From positions 1 to 15,492 of the forward strand of contig NJBF01000056.1 of the NCBI GenBank assembly GCA_003144275.1: a stretch of DNA of 15,492 nucleotides, in the 5' to 3' direction. Positions 1 through 7,825 of this stretch are shown here, one piece after another (position 1 is the first letter of the stretch; every line of letters begins with the position of its first letter). The notes beneath the pieces were generated by a model. The model worked only from the letters and a program-made list of their open reading frames with translations, was not told the DNA's origin and ran no database searches. The translations under genes were made by a program, and so were the position numbers. The stretch comes from Candidatus Heimdallarchaeota archaeon B3_Heim (GTDB lineage Archaea > Asgardarchaeota > Heimdallarchaeia > Hodarchaeales > Hodarchaeaceae).

Positions 1-262
1 AGTCACGGAGTGCTTCTTGTGGGACACATTTCGAGACCTCATACATCCAGGGAAAATCAGTGTGTTTCAAGCGGTTTAATTCTTTATGTTGTCTCATGGC
101 ATTGGTATAACGAGCCGCACCTGTTTGGGTTTGGTAACGCGATTTCCGCGCAGCTAATCCCCAGTTCCAGGCAAATCGTGATATGCCTGCACATTTGGTC
201 AGTAGCGTCCGTTCTTTGTTATTTACAAATAATTCGTACTTGTATCCTCGTGTCAGGAGCAT
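1..262 (-). CDS. tnpB: TnpB RNA-guided endonuclease (IS200/IS605/IS607 OrfB), N-terminal 87 aa; runs off the window's 5' edge
   Basis: Manual translation from ATG at 262: MLLTRGYKYELFVNNKERTLLTKCAGISRFAWNWGLAARKSRYQTQTGAARYTNAMRQHKELNRLKHTDFPWMYEVSKCVPQEALRD. The start (YKYEL..N..ERTLL...AG..RFAWNWGL) and the W.YEVSKC.PQEALRD motif are characteristic of TnpB N-termini. Absent from the ORF track because there is no stop in the window. GC is 108/240 (45%) over 1-240, visibly above the AT-rich flanks. Confidence 0.93.
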   Translation of the reverse strand, partial: MLLTRGYKYELFVNNKERTLLTKCAGISRFAWNWGLAARKSRYQTQTGAARYTNAMRQHKELNRLKHTDFPWMYEVSKCVPQEALRD

Positions 263-276
263 CCCTGACCATCCTT

Positions 277-316
277 CCTAGTACCAACTAGTTCCAGCTA
301 GCATCACATAGCAATA
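277..316. repeat. Four imperfect 10-bp tandem repeats directly upstream of tnpB
   Basis: CCTAGTACCA / ACTAGTTCCA / GCTAGCATCA / CATAGCAATA; CTAG at 278, 288 and 298. Confidence 0.7.
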
Positions 317-340
317 CGGATTGAGTAGGAGCTTTTCTGC

Positions 341-347
341 TTATAAA
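341..347 (-). promoter_or_regulatory. Candidate TATA box for tnpB
   Basis: Minus strand TTTATAA about 80 nt upstream of the tnpB ATG; motif match only. Confidence 0.3.
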
Positions 348-554
348 CCTATTAAACCCTTTGATCCACATCAAATTTGCTTGTATCCCGTTATTCTAGT
401 ATCAAGAGGTTAACTAGTTCATCACTAGAACCATAATTGCATGAGATCGGTTCAATCATCCGTTATTTTTATGGCTTAATATCTATCCTCTTTTCTTCCC
501 TTTTGCTTCAGTAACTAGCTAGCTGTTTCTCTCTTCCCCTTGAAACCTTCTTTT

Positions 555-590
555 CCTATTTGGCCATAAATGTCCCTATTTGCCCATAAA
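555..590 (+). repeat. 16-bp direct repeat, 20-bp period, putative operator
   Basis: CCTATTTGGCCATAAA (555-570) and CCTATTTGCCCATAAA (575-590), 15/16 identical, about 25 bp upstream of a TATA-like box. Confidence 0.65.
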
Positions 591-613
591 ATAATAGATA
601 ATTGGCATCCCTT

Positions 614-654
614 TTTATATAAACACCAGCATAATTCATTTACACAAAAGGTGA
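614..654 (+). promoter_or_regulatory. TATA box and archaeal Shine-Dalgarno for the small ORF at 662
   Basis: TTTATATA at 614-621; GGTGA at 650-654, 7 nt before ATG 662. Confidence 0.6.
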
Positions 655-661
655 TTGAATC

Positions 662-796
662 ATGACTTGTCCCCACTTTGATGCAGATAATAGTATGTGT
701 AAGGAACTCGGTCAAAAATTCTACACAGGGATGCAGAAACCATGTCTGGACTTAGATGATCCAGCTAAGTGTCCAATCCTCCTAATGCGTGGATAA
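662..796 (+). CDS. 44-aa Cys-rich small protein, possibly metal-binding
   Basis: MTCPHFDADNSMCKELGQKFYTGMQKPCLDLDDPAKCPILLMRG*; 4 Cys (C3, C13, C28, C37) plus H5; well-spaced GGTGA and upstream TATA. Shorter than any ORF in the track (smallest 60 aa). Confidence 0.7.
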   Translation: MTCPHFDADNSMCKELGQKFYTGMQKPCLDLDDPAKCPILLMRG

Positions 797-903
797 CTAT
801 TATTTTCACGAATTTCCCTGGAAGATTTTAAGACGGAAACAATATCTCCTCTTCGTACTCATTCGTCTGATACAATATATTTCTATCAGAAAGGTTTTTT
901 CTC

Positions 904-1731
904 GTGGAATTTTTAATCTATATCTTCTTTTTCATTCTGAGTATTGGAATTGGCATTGTAGGAGTCGTTGGGGGTTTTGGAGGAGGAGTTTTTTTATTCC
1001 CAATCCTCATTCTGGCAGGATTTCCTATTGAAATAGCAGCGGCAAATTCATTGATTTCATTGTTTCTACCTTCAGTGCTGGCTACAATTCATAATCACAG
1101 ACGAAATGAAATCAATTATAAACTAGGTATAGGATTCGAGATTCCTACTGCATTAGGTGCAATAATAGGAGCAAATCTGACATTACTTCTCCCACCAACC
1201 CTTCTTTATGTGACTTTTGGGCTTATAGCCTTCATTATGGCCTATATGATGGTAAAAGACTTGAATGAGAAAAATTCAAAGATAAAGGGGGAGAAATCAT
1301 TTTTCAAACTTATAATGGGGTTTGGACCTAAGTTAAAGTATGGTGGTAGCGAAAAAACCAGCAATACTGGTTATTTGATGTTAATAATCAGTGGTTTAAC
1401 AAGTGGTATGCTAGCTGGGCTGTTTGGAATAGGAGCAGGATGGATAAAAGCACCTTTAATGATAACAGGCTTTGGCGTACCATCCAACATAGCCTCTGCC
1501 ACTGCTACATTTATGATTGTCATAACATCTGCAGTTGGCGGATATACTCATTTCCTTCATGGGAGTCTGGATGTTATCTTCTTCCCGTTAACGCTAGGAT
1601 TACTCGTTGGAGCAGAAATTGGATGTAAAATTCGGGACCGCATCCAGACTTTAGTGATCACCAAAGTCGTGATAATTTCGTTAGTTATAATCGGTGGAAC
1701 GATGATTGCTAGAATCTTCTTCTCATTTTAG
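904..1731 (+). CDS. TSUP family (TauE/SafE sulfite-exporter-like) membrane protein, 275 aa
   Basis: GTG start; two internally repeated halves (GVVGGFGGGVFLFPILIL...AAANSL and AGLFGIGAGWIKAPLM...ASATA); about 8 hydrophobic segments. Confidence 0.9.
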   Translation: MEFLIYIFFFILSIGIGIVGVVGGFGGGVFLFPILILAGFPIEIAAANSLISLFLPSVLATIHNHRRNEINYKLGIGFEIPTALGAIIGANLTLLLPPTLLYVTFGLIAFIMAYMMVKDLNEKNSKIKGEKSFFKLIMGFGPKLKYGGSEKTSNTGYLMLIISGLTSGMLAGLFGIGAGWIKAPLMITGFGVPSNIASATATFMIVITSAVGGYTHFLHGSLDVIFFPLTLGLLVGAEIGCKIRDRIQTLVITKVVIISLVIIGGTMIARIFFSF

Positions 1732-1758
1732 AAACACAAATACTAGAATATCTTAAGC

Positions 1759-3687
1759 TCAATTTTCTACAGATAATAGAATTTTTTCTTCAATGAACAG
1801 GTTTACGATATACTTAATATCGTCATACATCACATCAGGGTAAGGAATTTTAAGTAGGAGGAAGATATCTTCGACATTCATTTTCCCATTCGCCAAATTT
1901 AATAATTCCAAGACGAGTCCGCCCCAGTATTTTTTTGTCAGAGACCCAAGCCTTAATTGATTGGATTCAGAACGACTAGGATCCATTAGACGCTTAAAAG
2001 GTAGGGGCCCAATAAAATTACATTGTATAATGATTTGATTCGAAATATTTTCCATTCTTTCTTTTTCCTCAGAGTTCGTGTTCTTTTGAATAAGATGATT
2101 AAAATGCAGTTTCACCAATTTTGAAAAGTGTTCTATATCTTCCTTGAGATTACCTTCAAAATCTAGTTCTAATATACTTTTCAACCTGTTAGTCGACATT
2201 TGTGCTAGCAACTCTTTTTGTCGAAGTTGTTGAGCTTGAGATAATTCCCCTGATTTATTCAATCTGTGGTTAAGTGAATTAGCTTCCTCTATGATATCTG
2301 AAAAAACACTTGCTAATATTTCCTGCAGAAATAGCGAATTTGAGGTAGCTAAACTGTATGCAGTCACTCCCGTTATGACACCAGCACTCCGACATTCCAA
2401 TGGTTCAACTTTGTCAATACTATCAGCACTTGTATGATGATAGGGATCATCATGACCAAACATAACTCCTGGAATCGAAAAATAACTGTCATTAAAAATG
2501 AGATGATCGCTTCCACCCGCAAAGGATTGAATATCGTAATTTAATTGATAAGTCCACCCGTTTTTTGCTACCTTTTGTTTCTTAACACACTCTGAAACGT
2601 ATCTTATCATCCCTGGTAAGAATGAAGGAGTGGAGATACTAGGAGAGCTGATGGTTAATGGCGTGCCCACTTTTACAGGGGATTCTCCCACCATGTCAAG
2701 ATTAAAAACCGAGAGGATTTTCCTCCCTTCAGTATTCCGTTGTTGATCATATTCAGCTAGCCAAGGAATTGTTCCTGAAAATTCAGGAACCCACAAAAAA
2801 CGTAAGGTTCTTTTTGGTTGAGCTATTTGTCCTGTTTTAATCATCCTGTTTAAACTTAAGGCAATTTCAAGAAGCGTAGCACTCCCAGAAGCATTGTCAT
2901 TCGCGCCAGGAGAAGGATGACATAGATGAGCAATTATCACTATTTCTTCTAGTGGTCTTTCGCTCCCAATAAAAGGCGTTTCTAAGACATGTAATTTTCT
3001 TTTATCATCTGAAAAGTTTGCATCGATCTTAAAATGTAGTTTTACTTCCTTTTTTCCCCTCAAATAATTTTGTAATTCTCTAGCTTGTGCATGGGATATT
3101 GAAAAACCCGACGTAACATCTGATAAGTTCTCGTTAACAGGCCAAAATCCATCATACTGAACTGTTGTATCACCGATCTGAGCGGCTCGATTCAGATCTG
3201 GATGTAAAATTATTCCTTTAACATCATGTCTAGCGGCATACGAGAAGATTCTGCGAGGACTTGCTGTAATTAAAGCAATTTTACCCTTTGCTTTCGCATA
3301 ATCAGACGGTTTGTCTCCCTTTCCTATATCTACCAATGTTCCTTCAAAATCAGCTGCTTTGGAATGTGTTATAACGCTCATAGGATGATCAATAAAGCGG
3401 CTTAATCGTTTTTTAACAGGTTTCATGAGCCAACATTCCCCTGATTTTATATCCCAGGATATTGGACTAACCCAACCCCATTTTTCCCATTTTCCATCTG
3501 CTGGATATTCGTATATCTTTGAAAAAATACTGTTATTGGATAAAATGGCTTGAATATGCTTAGCGCTTTCGTGAAATTTCATCGATCCTTGAATTCGGTG
3601 ATATTGAGAAATTTGAGAAATCTGATCCATGATTGACTGAGTAGAAATTTCTTGGGTAAAAATATCAACTAATTGAGAAATGTGCAT
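1759..3687 (-). CDS. M28-family (DUF4910-type) Zn aminopeptidase-like protein with PA-like insert, 642 aa
   Basis: AHLCHPSPGANDNASG, WVPEFSG, NLDMVG, GGSDH and PYHHTSAD metal/catalytic motifs; LVDIGKG..SDY..AKGKIAL PA-domain signature; no signal peptide. Confidence 0.88.
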   Translation of the reverse strand: MHISQLVDIFTQEISTQSIMDQISQISQYHRIQGSMKFHESAKHIQAILSNNSIFSKIYEYPADGKWEKWGWVSPISWDIKSGECWLMKPVKKRLSRFIDHPMSVITHSKAADFEGTLVDIGKGDKPSDYAKAKGKIALITASPRRIFSYAARHDVKGIILHPDLNRAAQIGDTTVQYDGFWPVNENLSDVTSGFSISHAQARELQNYLRGKKEVKLHFKIDANFSDDKRKLHVLETPFIGSERPLEEIVIIAHLCHPSPGANDNASGSATLLEIALSLNRMIKTGQIAQPKRTLRFLWVPEFSGTIPWLAEYDQQRNTEGRKILSVFNLDMVGESPVKVGTPLTISSPSISTPSFLPGMIRYVSECVKKQKVAKNGWTYQLNYDIQSFAGGSDHLIFNDSYFSIPGVMFGHDDPYHHTSADSIDKVEPLECRSAGVITGVTAYSLATSNSLFLQEILASVFSDIIEEANSLNHRLNKSGELSQAQQLRQKELLAQMSTNRLKSILELDFEGNLKEDIEHFSKLVKLHFNHLIQKNTNSEEKERMENISNQIIIQCNFIGPLPFKRLMDPSRSESNQLRLGSLTKKYWGGLVLELLNLANGKMNVEDIFLLLKIPYPDVMYDDIKYIVNLFIEEKILLSVEN

Positions 3688-3798
3688 GCCGAACGCCTAA
3701 TTTTCTTTGCATTCCACTTCCAAGATTAAGAAAGAGGTGAGATATTATAAGTTAACCAGAATTTTAAAAAATTAATCAGTAAGCGAAAAAAATCGTCT

Positions 3799-5028
3799 GT
3801 GAAATACTTGAGTGAAAGTTATCTACCATTACAATTGAAGGCTAAGATTCTTCATGAGAAACATGAGCAAATACCAAATATAATGAAACGATCTGAATTA
3901 GATTGCTGGTTAATATTTGTACGAGAAACTTCTACTACCCCTGACTCAGCTATGAATTTTGTTGTTGGTTCAGAAGTAGTAGCTCAATCTGCGTTCATTT
4001 TTATTGCGAATGATGAAACAGTACGGAAGATCGCGATTGTAGGAAATTTTGATGCGGATACTGAACGTAATAAAGGGATCTGGGATGAAGTAATCGGATA
4101 TGATTTAGGAATTACTGCTTCTCTTCTAGCTAAAATCAAGGAATTTGATCCTTCCAAAATTGCCTTAAATTATTCGTTAGATGATTATTCCAGTGATGGT
4201 TTGACACATGGAATGTTTTTGGTACTAGAAGAACTATTATCCGATTTCAAAGATCGCTTTGTAAGTGCTCAACCCATTGTCAACGCTATTCGAAGTATAA
4301 AGTCAGAAACTGAACTTGGACTAATTAAACAAGCATGTGAACTTACTGAGGAAATTAATGACGAAATTTCTGAGACATTAGACGTTGGTCAACGAGAAAC
4401 TGAAATTCAAGCCAAGTTCCACAAGAAAATCAATGACCGAGGATTTGGTTTCAGCTGGCAGCGGGATCAAAATCCTGCAATTGATGCTGGTAAGGACAAA
4501 GATTATGGTCATGTGTTACCTCAGGAAACCAATTTTACTGTAGAGGGACAAACACTCCATAATGATTTTGGTATTAAATATCAAGGGTATTGTTCTGATT
4601 TACAAAGGATGTGGTTTTTTGGGAAAAAACACGAATTACCTGATGAGCTAAGACATGCAATGGATACTGTACTGGAAGCGATCCAATTAGCAGCAAAAAA
4701 AATTCGCCCAGGATTACAAGGATACCAAATAGATAAACTAGCACGGGAGTATATAATTTCTCAAGGCTATGAGGAGTATAAACATGGATTAGGTCATCAA
4801 GTTGGTATTATGGCCCACGATGGAGGTTGCATGTTTGGTCCATTATGGCCTCGATACGGGAATGCACCGAAACAAGTGATAGAAGTAGGACAAGTGTTTA
4901 CAATTGAACCGAATGTCAAAACTAAGAATCACGGGATGGTCTCTATGGAAGAAATGGTTGTTGTGACGTCCACTGGATGTGAATTTTTAGTCGAGCCTCG
5001 AAAAGATTTCATTTATATTCATAAATGA
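3799..5028 (+). CDS. M24 family Xaa-Pro peptidase (prolidase/aminopeptidase P-like), 409 aa
   Basis: GTG start; pita-bread-fold metal ligands in HNDFG, YCSDLQR, HGLGH, FTIEP and SMEE. Confidence 0.93.
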   Translation: MKYLSESYLPLQLKAKILHEKHEQIPNIMKRSELDCWLIFVRETSTTPDSAMNFVVGSEVVAQSAFIFIANDETVRKIAIVGNFDADTERNKGIWDEVIGYDLGITASLLAKIKEFDPSKIALNYSLDDYSSDGLTHGMFLVLEELLSDFKDRFVSAQPIVNAIRSIKSETELGLIKQACELTEEINDEISETLDVGQRETEIQAKFHKKINDRGFGFSWQRDQNPAIDAGKDKDYGHVLPQETNFTVEGQTLHNDFGIKYQGYCSDLQRMWFFGKKHELPDELRHAMDTVLEAIQLAAKKIRPGLQGYQIDKLAREYIISQGYEEYKHGLGHQVGIMAHDGGCMFGPLWPRYGNAPKQVIEVGQVFTIEPNVKTKNHGMVSMEEMVVVTSTGCEFLVEPRKDFIYIHK

Positions 5029-5060
5029 ATTTTTTGCAATAATACATCGGAAGACGAATC

Positions 5061-5918
5061 ATGGATCTTGAAAATCTGGAATTAACAGATAAGGTGAGAA
5101 ATACATTACCTGGAAGTTTTATTCAGACGTCAAACGGTTATGTGCACTATCAGTTGAAGGGAGATGGAGAGCTAGTGGTCTTAGTTCATGGAATGACAAC
5201 CCCACTGTTTGTTTGGGATCCACTATTTGAGACGTTGTCAAATAATGGTTTTCGGGTCCTAAGATATGATCTATTTGGGCGGGGATATTCTGACAGGTTC
5301 CCAGGAAAGAATGATGTCGATCTTTACAATAAACAATTATATGAACTATTGACTACCCTGAGATTGGTCGACCAAAAAATAACTTTAGTGGGCTTATCCT
5401 TAGGAGGGGCGATATGTGCGAATTTTGCAATTCGCCATAGCGAGCTTATAAAAAGAATTTGTTTGATTGATCCTGTTCATCCGTCAAAACTCCCAAGAGC
5501 AATGAAATTATTACGGGTGCCAGGATTAAATATTTTACTACGCAAATTTGTGGGTCACAAGATGCTATTCGCAAGTTTGTCTGATAACTTCTACAACTAT
5601 GAAGATTTTCCTAATTTCAAAGATAATTTCAGCGAACAATTACAATTTATGGGGTATTCCAAAGCTGTTATCTCAACAATGGTTCATTATGACCTTAAAA
5701 ATTTAGATAGAATTTATAGGGCTATTGGGAAGTTGAAGGTTCCAATATGTCTATTCTGGGGAGAACAAGATACAGTTGTACCTTATGAAGCAAATGAAAA
5801 ATTACGTACCGCTATTCCAGATATTATATTTCACTCCATAAAAGAAGCGGGTCATCTATCTCATTATGAGAAGCCCGAAATTGTCAATCCGCTACTATTA
5901 GCATTTTTAGATACCTGA
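5061..5918 (+). CDS. Alpha/beta-fold serine hydrolase, 285 aa
   Basis: LVHG oxyanion motif, YDLFGRGYS, nucleophile elbow GLSLGG, WGEQD acid, AGHLSH catalytic His. Confidence 0.93.
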   Translation: MDLENLELTDKVRNTLPGSFIQTSNGYVHYQLKGDGELVVLVHGMTTPLFVWDPLFETLSNNGFRVLRYDLFGRGYSDRFPGKNDVDLYNKQLYELLTTLRLVDQKITLVGLSLGGAICANFAIRHSELIKRICLIDPVHPSKLPRAMKLLRVPGLNILLRKFVGHKMLFASLSDNFYNYEDFPNFKDNFSEQLQFMGYSKAVISTMVHYDLKNLDRIYRAIGKLKVPICLFWGEQDTVVPYEANEKLRTAIPDIIFHSIKEAGHLSHYEKPEIVNPLLLAFLDT

Positions 5919-5947
5919 AGAGCTGAAAAGACAATTATTTCCAATTT

Positions 5948-7825
5948 CTAACTCATTTCAATGGCTTTTTCGATATATTCTAAGCTTTGATGTCGAAAAT
6001 AGGTATTGTACAACTGGGCATAAACACCGTTCTTCTCTATCAATTGATCATGATTTCCTTCTTCTACTATCTTACCATGGTCAAGAACAATTATTCGATC
6101 AACTTGTCGAACTGTCCATAGCCTATGTGCGATTATAATTGATGTTCTCCCTTTAATGGTCTTTTCTAATGCTTCCTGAATTCTAGTTTCAGTAAAAGGA
6201 TCGACTGACGCAGTGGCCTCATCTAACACCAATATCGATGGGTTTTCCAGTAATACTCTTGCTAAGGCTACTAGTTGTCTCTGTCCCATCGAAAGCAGGG
6301 AACCTCTTTCACGAATATTAGTATTTAATCCTTGGGGAAGATCATCTACCCAATCTGCTCCACCTGCTTGCTCCAGTGCCCAACGAACATCCTCTGAACT
6401 CGCATCGGCCCTTCCATACTTCACGTTATTTTCAAGAGTATCTCCCCAAAGAAAAGGAACTTGGTGAATGATACCAATATGTTTCCTGTACTCTTTCAAA
6501 TTGTAATCTCTAATATTTACATCATCAATTAAAATATCACCAGATTGGAACTCATAAAATCGAGCTAAAAGTTTAGCTAAGCTAGATTTCCCAGCTCCCG
6601 TATGACCAACAATAGCCAATGACTCTCCAGGTTTAATAATTAATGAAAAGCCATCGAAGACCTTAACTTCCTTCTTTGCTTTCATTTTATTATCTGATGT
6701 TTTTCCTTTGTCTAGGACCTCTTTTCCCTCAACATAGGAGAATGTTAAATCTTTAAAGATGATTTTTCCTTCTATTTTCTTGGAAACGATGGTATCGTTC
6801 TGTATGACAGCAGGTGGAGTATCTATTAGAGCAAAGATTCTTTCAGCTGCAGATAAACCAGATTGAAAACTTGGCCAAAAGGATGCGATTATAAAAAGCG
6901 GAAAGAAAAACAATTGAAGACTTTGTAGAAAAAGGTAGAAATCCGCCGCCTGAAGTTCATTATTGAGAGTTGCGGTTCCACCTACAATAACTAGTAAAGC
7001 TAAAGCTATTCCTTGGACTGTTGACATCGCTGGAAAAATGAAATTTAGTAAATAGGCTCTTTTAAGGTTAGCTTGATATGACTGTTTATTTACTGATTTA
7101 AACTTTCCAAACAGTTTGGATTCTTGTCTGAAAGTCTTGGCTATTTGGATACCAGTAAAAGATTCTTGTACAAACGCGTTTACTACCGCCAATGCCCGTT
7201 GACCAACCAGAGTTAATCTTCGGGCGGCTTTTCTGAATGAAAGTGCTATAACAAAAATAAAGGGGACGAGTAAAAGGACAACCAATGTGAGTTCCACATT
7301 TATTGTTAGCATAACTGCAAACATAATCCCTACAAGCAATATTGAAGAAATGGTTTGACTTAACTGATCAGCTGTCTGACCAAAATCCCTGGAATCTGTG
7401 TTGATGCGGGATACGATTTTACCAGTTGGATATTTGTCATAGAATGACATATCGTGATTCAAGACGGAAACATTGACATCTTTTCTTAGGTCTAATACTG
7501 CATCACCTATGACCTTGGAACTTAACGTTTGTCGGTAATAGTTGAATACCCATCCAAGGGTATTAAGAATTAATGTTATACCAATTAGAAAAATAATGTA
7601 TAGCTGTTGTTGTTCAATATCTTCAGCTATCTCGAGTTGGAGAATGGCTTCCCTAGAAATTATAGGAATTAATGCATTTACAATACTCTGTGCAAATAAA
7701 AATAATGTCACGATAATTAAGGAATTTTTATAAGGACTAAAATATGCCAATACACGACGTACTAAATCTCGATCCTTATATGATCGATCATATTCCTCTG
7801 CTCCTAATCCTATTCCAAAACCCAT
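5948..7825 (-). CDS. ABC exporter subunit (fused TMD-NBD) carrying the canonical Walker B, 625 aa
   Basis: Six-helix TMD; Walker A GHTGAGKS, signature LSMGQRQ, Walker B ILVLDEATAS, H-loop IIAHR. ATG directly follows the upstream TAG, with GGAGGT just before. Confidence 0.95.
   Translation of the reverse strand: MGFGIGLGAEEYDRSYKDRDLVRRVLAYFSPYKNSLIIVTLFLFAQSIVNALIPIISREAILQLEIAEDIEQQQLYIIFLIGITLILNTLGWVFNYYRQTLSSKVIGDAVLDLRKDVNVSVLNHDMSFYDKYPTGKIVSRINTDSRDFGQTADQLSQTISSILLVGIMFAVMLTINVELTLVVLLLVPFIFVIALSFRKAARRLTLVGQRALAVVNAFVQESFTGIQIAKTFRQESKLFGKFKSVNKQSYQANLKRAYLLNFIFPAMSTVQGIALALLVIVGGTATLNNELQAADFYLFLQSLQLFFFPLFIIASFWPSFQSGLSAAERIFALIDTPPAVIQNDTIVSKKIEGKIIFKDLTFSYVEGKEVLDKGKTSDNKMKAKKEVKVFDGFSLIIKPGESLAIVGHTGAGKSSLAKLLARFYEFQSGDILIDDVNIRDYNLKEYRKHIGIIHQVPFLWGDTLENNVKYGRADASSEDVRWALEQAGGADWVDDLPQGLNTNIRERGSLLSMGQRQLVALARVLLENPSILVLDEATASVDPFTETRIQEALEKTIKGRTSIIIAHRLWTVRQVDRIIVLDHGKIVEEGNHDQLIEKNGVYAQLYNTYFRHQSLEYIEKAIEMS

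Noticed and set aside
10-291. 93-aa plus-strand ORF
   Set aside because: Antisense shadow of the TnpB N-terminus; no motif.
515-715. 66-aa minus-strand ORF as a possible tnpA
   Set aside because: No HUH/Y1 or serine-recombinase motif, and it overlaps the better-supported plus-strand small gene and its promoter.
745-773. Imperfect hairpin TGGACTTAG...CTAAGTGTCCA as an IS200/IS605 left-end hairpin
   Set aside because: Needs a 2-nt bulge, lies inside the 44-aa ORF and is about 480 bp from tnpB.
789-1628. ORFs 789-1031 and 1440-1628 (+)
   Set aside because: Alternate-frame overlaps of the TSUP gene with no recognisable features.
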